Both the position numbers and the translations under genes were made by a program. Of a DNA stretch of 64,000 bases, positions 49,501 to 58,958 are shown one piece after another. The number at the start of each line of letters is the position of its first letter. Position 1 is the stretch's first letter. The notes below the pieces were generated by a model. That model was not told the origin of the DNA, did not search any database, and saw only the letters and a program-made list of their open reading frames with translations. Origin of the DNA: a virus; IMG/VR virus record IMGVR_UViG_3300013137_000015, positions 8,003 through 72,002 of that record. The stretch is one strand, 5' to 3'.

Positions 49501-51602
49501 TATGGTGAAGCATTTAAATAATTTTGAAATTGATTATTTATTTCGGCATATGTATTTCCAGAATTACAATGATGTAAATTTCTAATACCAAATCTATATG
49601 AACTTGAAATCAAATTATTATAAAACCATCCAGGAATTTCACCATCAATTGTTACATAATTAGAATCTATTGCCTTAATCTTTCCAAACCAATTTAATAA
49701 TGAACCACCAGGTAATATTTCTGTTGTTGTGAAAACATTTGTATCATTTCTAAAAGATACAACAACATGGTCACCAACAAGACTATTTGAATAAAATGTT
49801 GAATCGACTACAAATGTTGTATTTCCAGTCCAATCAAACATAGTACTTGCTGTTGTATTTCCAGTTAATGTATAAAACAAATCCCCAGTATTTGATATAA
49901 TATATTGATTATCTAAATAATTAATAATAATTTGATCTGTTGTGCTTGAAAGTGGGTACATATCAAAATAACCCCAATTATCAATTTCTATCAATGTTCT
50001 TGCAACAGCATAATCAGTGAATAACATTTTACAAGGATTACTTAAAGTATTTCCAGAAGAATCTAATAAAATGGTTTTATTAGATGTAATGACATAATCT
50101 ATATGATGTTTTACAATCCAAGAATGTCCTGTTAAAAACGATTTCTCTTCATTTACAATTGGAAACTGAATTCCTTCATTTTTTAGAAAATATTGTTTTT
50201 CTTTATTAGAACCTAATTTAACAAAAAACTTAGCTCTCCAAGCATCATCTCTTGTTGTTAATAATTCTGCATTTTCTAAAAGATAATTATTAGTAACTCT
50301 ATAAATATCATTTTCTTCTGAACTATCTTGTGATGTTAATAATATTAAATGACCAGGTTTTACATTTGTATTATCAATAGTAAAATGACTTGTGGTTATA
50401 TCTACATTCTCACTTGAAGCAATATCAACTTGATACATATTTGACATATATTCGTCTATAATATTATATTCATTATACATATTATTAATTGAATATCCAT
50501 CACCTGTCATCAAAGATATATTGTAAATATCATCAGTATCTTTAACATAAGAATAACAAATTCCATTAAAACATTGTTGAAATCTAAAATATGTGTCATA
50601 TGTTTTTAATGTATTACCACTGGTAAATATATCTTCTCTGTACATTAAATTATAAACTTGATCATCATTTATATAAAATGCTCTTGCTTGAATATCATAT
50701 ATTTTTGATACATGATAACACATATAATATGTATCATAACCATTTAAATATCTTGCTAAATACCAATTTCTCTTAGCCTTAACATTATAGAAAGATGGTA
50801 TTGTTTCATAACCTCTGAATACATGTTGGGTTGCACCAATCAAAATGCTGAATGTTGAACTCGTTAATATATCTCTTGTTATAGTGTAATCACTCGACCA
50901 CATATCATCTTTTCCACCATATACTACAGTTTCCTTATCTGTTGACCATATATTCGTTGGTGGGAAAACATAATACCCATCATCACTGATATAATATTGA
51001 TCATTCTGTGATATTGTAGTTGATATAATTTCTGGTGAATATAATGTAGCGTAATTATTAAAAGTTTGTGCTGTTGTACAACCAGAATTTATATCCAAAG
51101 TAACTAAACTATCATATGTATAATGTGTTATATTATTATCATAATACCATTTATCGTAACCAAATATAATATTTGTTATTGTATTATCATATAAACTATA
51201 TGCAGATTTTGATACCTTAACTTCTAAGCCACATATTGTTGAACCAGTTGGAATATTAAAATTATAATCATATGTTACTAATGTTGGAGTACCAACTTTT
51301 CTAATAGAATGATTGGCGTTTGGTGATAATATAGAAGTATATGAATCATCAAAGGTTTTAACATTGTCTATATTATTCCATATAGATTTCAATTCTCCAT
51401 CATAAATATCATCATAAGAACTATCTACAATATCTGTTTTGTTTGTTGATGTTTTTGGTTCATAATGTGTTGATGAACTAATAGATGTCCCGTAGTAACA
51501 TTGTTTTACTGAATTTGGACTAACCCAATCTGTATGTCTTATTACATTAGATGTACCAGTTAATGTATCGTATTCAATTTTTTGTTGCCAAAACCAAGTC
51601 AT
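46557..51602 (-). CDS. Large tail fibre / receptor-binding-type protein
   Basis: 1681 aa; ILLTSQDSSEENDIY fibre-type motif; C-terminal beta-propeller-like repeats with an inserted DUF1566-like domain; late box at 51627-51637. Confidence 0.6.
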   Translation of the reverse strand: MTWFWQQKIEYDTLTGTSNVIRHTDWVSPNSVKQCYYGTSISSSTHYEPKTSTNKTDIVDSSYDDIYDGELKSIWNNIDNVKTFDDSYTSILSPNANHSIRKVGTPTLVTYDYNFNIPTGSTICGLEVKVSKSAYSLYDNTITNIIFGYDKWYYDNNITHYTYDSLVTLDINSGCTTAQTFNNYATLYSPEIISTTISQNDQYYISDDGYYVFPPTNIWSTDKETVVYGGKDDMWSSDYTITRDILTSSTFSILIGATQHVFRGYETIPSFYNVKAKRNWYLARYLNGYDTYYMCYHVSKIYDIQARAFYINDDQVYNLMYREDIFTSGNTLKTYDTYFRFQQCFNGICYSYVKDTDDIYNISLMTGDGYSINNMYNEYNIIDEYMSNMYQVDIASSENVDITTSHFTIDNTNVKPGHLILLTSQDSSEENDIYRVTNNYLLENAELLTTRDDAWRAKFFVKLGSNKEKQYFLKNEGIQFPIVNEEKSFLTGHSWIVKHHIDYVITSNKTILLDSSGNTLSNPCKMLFTDYAVARTLIEIDNWGYFDMYPLSSTTDQIIINYLDNQYIISNTGDLFYTLTGNTTASTMFDWTGNTTFVVDSTFYSNSLVGDHVVVSFRNDTNVFTTTEILPGGSLLNWFGKIKAIDSNYVTIDGEIPGWFYNNLISSSYRFGIRNLHHCNSGNTYAEINNQFQNYLNASPYGEIIDFSSLDDRIRVNTIQDTDYFRYFDFTLISLTSTTSAYTFTTESPYQHYKLKTFLDNMGEIPVNIYNEAYMLCSDYTIEEMIVNWAFQGHTSTDTYFPIQSSLFKIIPKDTAKLLDFKQYTFIDFGILAKSGTEPSSPYYFTTNSSRTMIYEITDEYMLIEKPRMDIGITANTFDFINVSKVQDISDILYDIYLNYPHSHYYKYPDNVRSRICSQYALILKENEFVRNLSTGLLYQKDDLFNLDIFDINIDTNYRHLYDVNLTYQPIELIDVGIDGITKLSYPLELKNLDLTTVRNIFYTGISYDAYGFDAESYVQSATLLDGEIYLNVKYQGKYEFALQTDDYNTLDWYRNSAALVFDGQNLTEKGFIYTHFIGANTAYSYCYDIKTDDDLNTYHLYYTGRDISASYLLFDSPSSTTEGVTQINSQSALTSQYQSHLLMFNYAREIVTAITYKSIDLYGTNSIQDYVNVAGYHYTFLSAWSGRYYQQFNNDLPVEILSDSITASSYSTNAIVKYSEDFKTILWYKKFWASSFTTVPPTANRNTINTYTIYDTSAKLIGDDTNNYIYASNRVNSSAGLEYIDEGGVKGDCILNTSGYNYITLMKLNAADGFLYWCKPIYTLDYQSSNDDNHFVHKMLYNNDAIYMLIKAQGRLSIDGTEYGSNNSITYDDWYLPSRDEMTLMYNNLSLSGYGNFVLGTYLSSSEWIIPQFAWFRQMTTPYLFGHPKTINDGTVRPVRDFISTANYSIGSNGPASGWIFHKIDNGDGTWTYYEAGPSNLVGNYAWSNITDTVGTSDAIGAGKTNTAAIVAQSGHTTSAAQACLDYSIQIWNTNWNIFVLKFDTDGNVVWGKSFGGNNNDYATDITIYDGMFGNFLLVSGYYNSSTILDNNILYCQTTGSYVMKLSPTTGALVGLYNKTSTSNLYINSLSVVDDSVYIGGHYNGGAYFGGKVYPGDFYYDVIDPTQYKIFLEKIKINSF

Positions 51603-51626
51603 TATAGTTTATTATTTTCTTTGGTT

Positions 51627-51698
51627 TATATATTAAAATGTTAATGTTAAAAGAAAGCAACTTTAATTTGAAAAAAGGGTTTTATTCTTTAATATATA
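51627..51698. promoter_or_regulatory. Divergent pair of late promoters
   Basis: TTTAATATATA on minus (51627-51637) and plus (51688-51698) strands, each facing a gene start. Confidence 0.65.
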
Positions 51699-51725
51699 CC
51701 TATATAAAAAATAATAAATTAGAGA

Positions 51726-53102
51726 ATGAAAAATTTATTTGATTACAAAGATTTCATAAATGAAACAAAGAAAGCTGCAACTTCGTTGACAGTATTTAAA
51801 AAAGATGTTGATAACATCATAAGTGATATGTTTCTCCAAGCAAAGAAACAAAAATATGAATATGATTCTGATGGTTTTCCAATTTCAGTAGAATTTGAAG
51901 TTGTTTACAATGACTGGTTTTGCAAATATGATGATGACCTTAAAAGTGATTTTACAGAAGGCGTTTTAAAGAAAAGAGAATATGAACCAGTTCTTAGTTA
52001 TTCATCAAAGAATCAAGATGGAAATGGTAAAGATGAAAATACTTATACTCTTAAATTCAAAATTAAGAAAATAAAAGTTGATAAAGAAGCTTTAGAAAAA
52101 GGTGAAGAAAAGAAAAGAAGTGAACAATTAGAAAGAGATTCTGATGATCAACTTTTGAAGAAATTAAAATCAAAGAAAACATCTGACCTTAATAAAGAAA
52201 AAATTATGGACATCTTAAAAGATAGAGGTGTTGATTTTAAAGATCCATTTGATGAAGAAGATAAAGAAGAAATGTCAGATGAAGAAATGGAAAAAGCAGC
52301 AGAAAGATCTGCAAAAGCTAAAGAGAAAAAATCAAAAAAGAATGAGGCTTATTCATTAAACGAAAGTCATATGAATAATATTTATTTGATTGCTCGAGAG
52401 GCATTAACTTTTGAAGATTTTAAATTAGAAATGACAAAACAATATCCAGATATATTTCGTGGATCTATTGAACAACAAGAAGAAATGGATAATTATTTAG
52501 GCGAACTTTATGATAATGCTAAAAAAGACATCGCAGTACAAGAAAAGAAAGAAGAAAAAGAAGAAAAATGTGGTTGTGGTAAAAACAAAAAAGGCGAATG
52601 TGAATGTGAAAAAAGTAAAGAAAAATGTGGATGCGAAGAAGGTAAATGTAAATGTAATGAAGGTCTTATTGGCAAAATAGCAAAAGTTTTAAGCAAAGCA
52701 GAATATAATAAAACTTTAAAACATTGTATATTTGCTTGTGATGGCGAATGCACAAAAGAAAAAGTTAAAGATGCTATGAAAGGTATGATTTTTTCAAAAA
52801 TTACTAAAAAATCATTAGATGAAGATTCAATACTTATGAATTCTTTAGTTGATGAAATTTATAAAGATTGTAAAAAAGAATTAGATAAAAAAGAATCATT
52901 TGGTTCAAAAGAATGGCAAGAAAAATATGGCGTTTCTCTTAAAGAAGAAAAAGAAGAATCTTGTTTAAAATGTCTTGTTAATGAAGCTCTTAAAATCAAA
53001 AAAATTGATGAAATGGAATCATTAAACGATGCTTTCAATAAAGTTTATGAAGAAAATAAGATTATTGAAAATTTAGATACAATTAAAAAGTTTAAAGAAT
53101 AA
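51726..53102 (+). CDS. Highly charged leader-tagged protein with many internal xxE sites and a Cys-rich segment
   Basis: MKNLFDYKDFINE; KNEA, LNES, CNEG, VNEA; CGCG..CECE..CGCEEGKCKC. Confidence 0.75.
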   Translation: MKNLFDYKDFINETKKAATSLTVFKKDVDNIISDMFLQAKKQKYEYDSDGFPISVEFEVVYNDWFCKYDDDLKSDFTEGVLKKREYEPVLSYSSKNQDGNGKDENTYTLKFKIKKIKVDKEALEKGEEKKRSEQLERDSDDQLLKKLKSKKTSDLNKEKIMDILKDRGVDFKDPFDEEDKEEMSDEEMEKAAERSAKAKEKKSKKNEAYSLNESHMNNIYLIAREALTFEDFKLEMTKQYPDIFRGSIEQQEEMDNYLGELYDNAKKDIAVQEKKEEKEEKCGCGKNKKGECECEKSKEKCGCEEGKCKCNEGLIGKIAKVLSKAEYNKTLKHCIFACDGECTKEKVKDAMKGMIFSKITKKSLDEDSILMNSLVDEIYKDCKKELDKKESFGSKEWQEKYGVSLKEEKEESCLKCLVNEALKIKKIDEMESLNDAFNKVYEENKIIENLDTIKKFKE

Positions 53103-53140
53103 ATTATGAAATTCTATAAAAACACACAAGATTATAAAAT

Positions 53141-53168
53141 AAAAAAGACCTCAAATGAGGTCTTTTTT
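53141..53168. terminator. Bidirectional terminator
   Basis: AAAAAAGACCTCA-aa-TGAGGTCTTTTTT between convergent genes. Confidence 0.75.
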
Positions 53169-53488
53169 TATTCAATACTATCCATAAAATTTTTATACGA
53201 ATTCATTCGGAATTTCTCATTTTCAATATCAAAGAATATTGTTTGTGCATTAACTTCTTTCATATCCACAAAATAAGCTACAGATTTTCCATCTTTCTTA
53301 ATAGTTTCAACATCACCTGGAGATTCCATAACAAATGATAATTTTTGCATTATTCCTTCCGCATCAGAAGGTTTTGAATATGTACTTATAATATCAATCA
53401 ATTCTTCTGAGTATTCGTTATAATATTTTACAATTAACTCATTTAATTTGTTATTATTGTAGGCTTCGTATTGTCTTATATATTTCAT
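53168..53488 (-). CDS. Hypothetical protein with leader
   Basis: MKYIRQYEAY..LNE. Confidence 0.7.
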   Translation of the reverse strand: MKYIRQYEAYNNNKLNELIVKYYNEYSEELIDIISTYSKPSDAEGIMQKLSFVMESPGDVETIKKDGKSVAYFVDMKEVNAQTIFFDIENEKFRMNSYKNFMDSIE

Positions 53489-54396
53489 AATCTGTTATTC
53501 TTTTGTCTTATTTTTTTACCTGTTTTCTTTTCTAATTTTTGAATGAATTTGAATGATAATCTATCATTTATAAACAAACATGGGCTATCTGTCCAACATT
53601 CGTTATAACTATTAATTGATATTTTATCTATATGTTGCTTCCAATTTCCTTGAACTGATTCATTATATATTTCTTGCCAACTTAACAATCTAAAATTGTT
53701 CAATGTTGGTGACATCATCATTCTTATTTTTTTGAAAAGTTTACCATTTTCTAAAATTTTAGATAATAATTCATATTGTCTATTATTATTTGGTATTTCT
53801 ATATAATCATCTAATGATTTTATTTCATTTTTAAATATTTTAAAATTCTTATCATTTAGTTCTTCTTTAGTTTGGTCTTTGTATATATTTGCAAGAATAT
53901 TAAAAAAATTATCAATATCATATGAAAATCCTAAATATTCACTTGTTCCCTTTTTGAAAGCTTGAAAAATATCAGATGCTGGTGCTATTCCCCACATCGA
54001 ACCGTCAATAGGTATAACAATATATTCTTCATCACCAATTTGTTTTTTACCAAGTGAACAAATAAAAGATTTTGTTCTTTTTGGAAATAATTTCCATTCT
54101 GGAAGATTATCTAACATTAATGTATAATGATTTGAATTGTCTCTTGACCATCTTTTAACAGGTTTACTATAATAAATATCTAATAATTTATTGTTATCAT
54201 CACCATCATTTGATGTCATTGTTATACCTCTCACCATTCTAAAAGGATGATTAATAAAATCTTGACAATTCTTTATTGCGAAATTAACAGCTTTATCAAT
54301 TTTCATTTCTTCAGCCGCTTTTAGAAAACGATTAACTGTTTTCTTTTCTCTCTTTCTCCAAATGCTTGTGTCTTCAAATTGTTGTAAATATTTCAT
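53485..54396 (-). CDS. Tandem paralog 3 of 3 (possible ART-fold) with leader
   Basis: MKYLQQFED; MVRG..SRD..N.YTL..DN..W..FPKR.KSFICS...ECWTDSPCLFI. Confidence 0.7.
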   Translation of the reverse strand: MKYLQQFEDTSIWRKREKKTVNRFLKAAEEMKIDKAVNFAIKNCQDFINHPFRMVRGITMTSNDGDDNNKLLDIYYSKPVKRWSRDNSNHYTLMLDNLPEWKLFPKRTKSFICSLGKKQIGDEEYIVIPIDGSMWGIAPASDIFQAFKKGTSEYLGFSYDIDNFFNILANIYKDQTKEELNDKNFKIFKNEIKSLDDYIEIPNNNRQYELLSKILENGKLFKKIRMMMSPTLNNFRLLSWQEIYNESVQGNWKQHIDKISINSYNECWTDSPCLFINDRLSFKFIQKLEKKTGKKIRQKNNRL

Positions 54397-55292
54397 TATA
54401 TTAATTCATTCATTTTTCCATTTGATTTAAGCTTTTCTAACAATGGTATTTTTTGCATAGTATTATGTTGTCCTTGTATAAATAAACAAGTTGATTCTGA
54501 CCATATTTCATTTCTTGTATTATGAATTCCATATTTTCCTCTTTGATATAACTGTTGTAAATTTAATAATTTAAATCTGTTAATTTCTGGTGAAAATATA
54601 TGTAATAATTTTTTCCAAGCATTTTTTGACATAAAATTGATAAAATCTTCTTCATAATCTATATCATCTTCTCCTATATATTTAACCTCAACACCGTGTC
54701 TATTATTTTTAAATTCTTTCAACTTTTTTTCTATCTCATCTATACCCTTATGCAAATCTTCATAATTTGTTTGGCTCAATTCTACATTAAATTTTTTAGA
54801 AATATCAAGTATTCTATCAACAAAATTATCAGCTGCTTCTGTCATCCAACCAGCGGCATCCATACCATTAATAAATGAATCATATATATCTACTTCATTA
54901 CAAACGCCCCAAATAGAATTATCATTTGGTATAACAACAAATGCGTTACCATTCATATTAGAATATAACAAAGAACAAATAAAAGATTTACTTCTCTTTG
55001 GATAATCTTTCCATTCTGGTGCATTATCCATAATTAAAGTATAATAATTTTCACAATCTCTTGAAATTCTATCTACTGGTTTAGAATAAAAACAATTTTC
55101 AGTTGTTTGAATTCTTCTTCCTATTTTTACTGGATATTCTAACCATTCATTACAATTTTTTATAACATAATCAAAAGCTTCATCTTCGGTTAATTTGACC
55201 ATTGATTTTACGAACCTATTTTTTACATCTAAAGTATTAGGGATTCTTTTTTCATCATATACAAAATATTCATATTTATTTAGATATTTCAT
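54396..55292 (-). CDS. Tandem paralog 2 of 3 (possible ART-fold) with leader
   Basis: MKYLNKYEYF; SRD..NYYTL..DN..W..YPKRSKSFICS...EIWSESTCLFI. Confidence 0.7.
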   Translation of the reverse strand: MKYLNKYEYFVYDEKRIPNTLDVKNRFVKSMVKLTEDEAFDYVIKNCNEWLEYPVKIGRRIQTTENCFYSKPVDRISRDCENYYTLIMDNAPEWKDYPKRSKSFICSLLYSNMNGNAFVVIPNDNSIWGVCNEVDIYDSFINGMDAAGWMTEAADNFVDRILDISKKFNVELSQTNYEDLHKGIDEIEKKLKEFKNNRHGVEVKYIGEDDIDYEEDFINFMSKNAWKKLLHIFSPEINRFKLLNLQQLYQRGKYGIHNTRNEIWSESTCLFIQGQHNTMQKIPLLEKLKSNGKMNELI

Positions 55293-56164
55293 AAACTTTC
55301 AAATGATATATTTTTATTTATATATTTAGATAAATTATTAATAAAATTTTTAAAATTTTCACCACGATTTCCATATTTTATAAATACACATGGCGAATCA
55401 GTCCATAGTTCTTTATAATTATCAAATTGATTTTCATCATATTTTATTTCTGTATATTTTTTATGAGTGAATTTGTTCAAATCTGGTTTCATTGCATAAT
55501 CTATTTTATATGGTAATGCTTCTGAACCATTAGTTGTAAAAAAATTATGTACCTGATATAGATTGACATCCTCTACTGAAAGTTTTATGTATTTTTGAGT
55601 AAATAGTTCTTGTGATAATTTATTAATATCTGATAACATTCCTGTGTAAGAATCATCACTTATGCCGTCTAAATCTAATTTAAGTGATAGTCTATTCAAT
55701 TGTTCAAAAAAATTATCTGGACCAGTACCAAGTGTTTCCCAGAAACATTCATAAATATCATCTTCTGGCGCAATACCCCAATTAGAACCATCTATTGGTA
55801 TTACCACATAATAAAATGGTCCCAACACTTCATGTTCATCACCGATACTACATATGAAGGATTTACCTCTCTTTGGATATTCTTTCCAATTATTTGAATT
55901 ATCAATCATTAGTGTGTACCAATTTGGATTATCTCTTGATGTTCTTTGTATTGGTTCACTTCTAAAAAAATCAACTTTTGCATTACATTCTCTGTATATC
56001 AAAACTGGTCTGTTTATAAATTCTTTACAATGTTCAGCAACATATTGTATAGTATCATCTTTTGACATATCTGTCATCACTTTACTATATTCAATAGATT
56101 GTTTTACAGTAGACTTTACCAAGTCTCTGTGACTAAAATCTTCATATGTTTTTAGGATTTTCAA
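55289..56164 (-). CDS. Tandem paralog 1 of 3 (possible ART-fold) with leader
   Basis: TTG start, KILKTYEDF; IYRE..SRD..NWYTL..YPKRGKSFICS...ELWTDSPCVFI; late box at 56189-56198. Confidence 0.7.
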   Translation of the reverse strand: MKILKTYEDFSHRDLVKSTVKQSIEYSKVMTDMSKDDTIQYVAEHCKEFINRPVLIYRECNAKVDFFRSEPIQRTSRDNPNWYTLMIDNSNNWKEYPKRGKSFICSIGDEHEVLGPFYYVVIPIDGSNWGIAPEDDIYECFWETLGTGPDNFFEQLNRLSLKLDLDGISDDSYTGMLSDINKLSQELFTQKYIKLSVEDVNLYQVHNFFTTNGSEALPYKIDYAMKPDLNKFTHKKYTEIKYDENQFDNYKELWTDSPCVFIKYGNRGENFKNFINNLSKYINKNISFESL

Positions 56165-56194
56165 ACTCTTATATAAATTTTATAAGAGTATATA

Positions 56195-57232
56195 TTAATT
56201 CTTCAGTCTAGTATAATCGATGATGATATTGATTTTGAAAAATAAATCATCTCTTTCGCCTTTTGTATTAATTATAAGACCTTTTCCTTTTAATCTTATT
56301 AAATCACCATCTTTTGTTTTTGCCGGAATGGTAACTTTTATCTTACTATCATCTAAAGCCACATATTCATATTTTATGCCTTTTATAGCATCATCATAAT
56401 GCAAATCTAAATTATAATATAATTTGTTGTCTATTATTTTGTGATTTGGTACATCTTGATAGATTATTTTTAATTTTAAATCACCTTTCTTTTCTCTGAA
56501 ATATTTAGACTGATGACCAAATCCTCTTAAATATTTATCTTCTGAAACTCTCATACTCTCAATGTTTGTAACATTGAATTCCGCATCTTTCAAAACAATC
56601 TTTTCTCCATCGTTACAAGAACCACAAGGTAAAGAATATACTCTACCCATTCCTTGACAATATTCACATTTTCTGCCTAAATTATCTTTTCCTCTTCCGT
56701 TACACATTTCGCATTCATATGATTCACTTCTTGGATCAAAACCAGTTCCTTTACAAGTTTCACAATGAACAAATCTCTTATATGAAACTTTTATAGGTTT
56801 GCCTTTATAAACATCATTTAATGTAACAATTAAATTTACAGTAATATCTAAATTTTCTTGAAATTCTCTATATTCATTTTTTGCACCAAAAAAAGAACCA
56901 AACGGAATACCACCTTGTGTAAATGGGTTTCCACCACCGAAGAAAGCGTTAAAAATATCATCCATACCAAAGCCGCCAACATGTGCAAATGGATTTGGAT
57001 TATAAGAATTTCCGTGAGGACTTTGTGAATCATATTGTTTTTTTGATGTTTCATCACCAAGAACAGAATTTGCTTCTGAAATTTGTTTAAATTTTTCTTC
57101 TTTTGTTTTATCGCCTTTGTTTCGATCAGGATGGTACAATAATGCTAATTTTCTATATGTTTTTTTAATTTCATCTATAGTTGCATTTTTATTTACTCCT
57201 AATATTGAATAATAATTTTTATTTAGGTCCAT
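56195..57232 (-). CDS. dnaJ: DnaJ chaperone
   Basis: J domain with HPD, G/F-rich linker, CxxCxGxG repeats, C-terminal domain. Confidence 0.93.
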   Translation of the reverse strand: MDLNKNYYSILGVNKNATIDEIKKTYRKLALLYHPDRNKGDKTKEEKFKQISEANSVLGDETSKKQYDSQSPHGNSYNPNPFAHVGGFGMDDIFNAFFGGGNPFTQGGIPFGSFFGAKNEYREFQENLDITVNLIVTLNDVYKGKPIKVSYKRFVHCETCKGTGFDPRSESYECEMCNGRGKDNLGRKCEYCQGMGRVYSLPCGSCNDGEKIVLKDAEFNVTNIESMRVSEDKYLRGFGHQSKYFREKKGDLKLKIIYQDVPNHKIIDNKLYYNLDLHYDDAIKGIKYEYVALDDSKIKVTIPAKTKDGDLIRLKGKGLIINTKGERDDLFFKINIIIDYTRLKN

Positions 57233-57286
57233 TTTCTATAAATAGTTTTTTGTTTATATATTAGTTAAATGTAGTTTGTTTAAATA

Positions 57287-57313
57287 AAAAAAAGTCGCTT
57301 TTTAGCGACTTTT
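57287..57313 (-). terminator. Intrinsic terminator
   Basis: AAAAAGTCGCT-tttt-AGCGACTTTTT. Confidence 0.7.
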
Positions 57314-57321
57314 TAAAAATT

Positions 57322-58047
57322 TTATAAACCTGATGGCAAATCTGCTTCATTAGCTTGACAATAATCTTTAATTGCTTTTCTTTGTTTGGTTGTTAATTTC
57401 TTTGGTAATGAAAATGTTGGTGGGTCAGTCCAACCTAAAATTCTAACCCAACCTTCTTTTTCTAAAATCTCATAATGATAACCACCATATTCCTTAGCTT
57501 TTTTAATATCATCATATGTCCAATTATTTTGTTCTAACCATTCTATTGCAAATTCCTCATGTCCAGCAAATCTAACACGGTATTCATTTCCAGAAGGATC
57601 AATCCAACAAGATGGATAATCTTTTTTCTTTCTTTCTTCTTTTTCCTTTTGTTTCTTATACCAATCGTAAAGGTCGGCTTTTCTTTGTGTTATTTCTTTT
57701 TTTATTTCTTCTGTTTCTTTTCTTAATTTAGTTAATTCATCATCTGGTTCATGAAATGAAAGTTTACCATCAATTGTTTTAATGATTTCAACATCTTTGA
57801 CAGGTTCATTGGTTGGTTCAACGTACATTATAACATGATCAAATACAACATGAAAATCAAATTTATTATAGATATAATCGCTGTTATCTCTATCCCAATC
57901 GTCAGCTTCTCTTTTATCTAAATCACCTCCAACAATTGTTTCAAAGACAACTTTTTCAAATTCTCTATCCCAATTTAACAATGTCCAATAAAATACTATT
58001 TTAGTATTCTTAGTTGTTTTTGATTCGTATGTTTTTAAATATTTCAT
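57322..58047 (-). CDS. Hypothetical protein with leader
   Basis: Likely start MKYLKTYES at 58047; C-terminal WIDPSG..H..GWVRI domain. Confidence 0.7.
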   Translation of the reverse strand: MKYLKTYESKTTKNTKIVFYWTLLNWDREFEKVVFETIVGGDLDKREADDWDRDNSDYIYNKFDFHVVFDHVIMYVEPTNEPVKDVEIIKTIDGKLSFHEPDDELTKLRKETEEIKKEITQRKADLYDWYKKQKEKEERKKKDYPSCWIDPSGNEYRVRFAGHEEFAIEWLEQNNWTYDDIKKAKEYGGYHYEILEKEGWVRILGWTDPPTFSLPKKLTTKQRKAIKDYCQANEADLPSGL

Positions 58048-58054
58048 ATAACGA

Positions 58055-58372
58055 TTATTTATTTTCAAATTCATCAAAAGATAATAGTTTATCTAATTTT
58101 TGCAATTTTTTCAAAGCATTTTTGCGTTTTCTGCTTTCTTTTCTTATAACATTTTTAACAGTCTGTTTGAATCTATCTGGTTCAGCAGTAGATGGTACAT
58201 ATTTTTTAGGAAATTCACCACCCATAGCACCAGTTTGACCATATATATCACCGCTACCGCCAATACTTCCGTCAGAAGCACCTGCTGTTAAAAAATTAGA
58301 TGTAACATTAACAACTGGTGGTCCAGGATAACAATCACTAGGAGATGTTTCAAAATATTTAAGATATTTCAT
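58055..58372 (-). CDS. Low-complexity protein with leader
   Basis: MKYLKYFET; GSIGGSGD; C-terminal LLSFDEFE. Confidence 0.65.
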   Translation of the reverse strand: MKYLKYFETSPSDCYPGPPVVNVTSNFLTAGASDGSIGGSGDIYGQTGAMGGEFPKKYVPSTAEPDRFKQTVKNVIRKESRKRKNALKKLQKLDKLLSFDEFENK

Positions 58373-58375
58373 AAA

Positions 58376-58621
58376 TTATTTCTTCCAATGTTTCTTTGCT
58401 CTCTTTGCAAATAAAAGTTGTGACATTTTAGTTCTGTCAGTGTCAGATACTTTATAACCTTTATCTTTTTCTTTTGCTGCAGCGTGTTTGTCTTTTAATG
58501 CAGTAATCTCTTTGTTTATTTCAGCAATAGTCTTTCCTGCGTGTTCGCCAGTTTGTTTAACTTTAACATCACCAGACCATTTTTCATTTACAAATTTATC
58601 AAAATTCATAATTGTTTTCAT
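58376..58621 (-). CDS. Small basic protein with leader
   Basis: MKTIMNFDKFVNE followed by a Lys-rich body. Confidence 0.7.
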   Translation of the reverse strand: MKTIMNFDKFVNEKWSGDVKVKQTGEHAGKTIAEINKEITALKDKHAAAKEKDKGYKVSDTDRTKMSQLLFAKRAKKHWKK

Positions 58622-58639
58622 GATAGTATATTTATTTTT

Positions 58640-58954
58640 TTATACTTGTACTTGTATTTGTCTTAATTCATCATCAATATATGTTTTACACATATCAATT
58701 ATATTATCAATATCAAACCATTTAAAATATTCTGTTTTTTCTTTGTTTATTGGTTCAATAACAACAACATCATTGTCAACATCATAATATATTGATAGAA
58801 CAGGTTTATCTACAACCTTTACTATAACCTTTATAGGATTTTTTTCAATGTTTATTGAAATCTGATTGCCATAAATGTTTTTCAATTGTTCGATGAATAT
58901 TTTTACATCAGCAAACATTGATGATTCTTTTAAAAAATGATTGTATTTTTGCAT
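58640..58954 (-). CDS. Hypothetical protein with leader
   Basis: MQKYNHFLKES. Confidence 0.7.
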   Translation of the reverse strand: MQKYNHFLKESSMFADVKIFIEQLKNIYGNQISINIEKNPIKVIVKVVDKPVLSIYYDVDNDVVVIEPINKEKTEYFKWFDIDNIIDMCKTYIDDELRQIQVQV

Positions 58955-58958
58955 ATAT

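Noticed and set aside
46557-51602. Complete diversity-generating retroelement
   Set aside because: No reverse transcriptase, Avd or template repeat is visible in this window; only a target-like domain is present.
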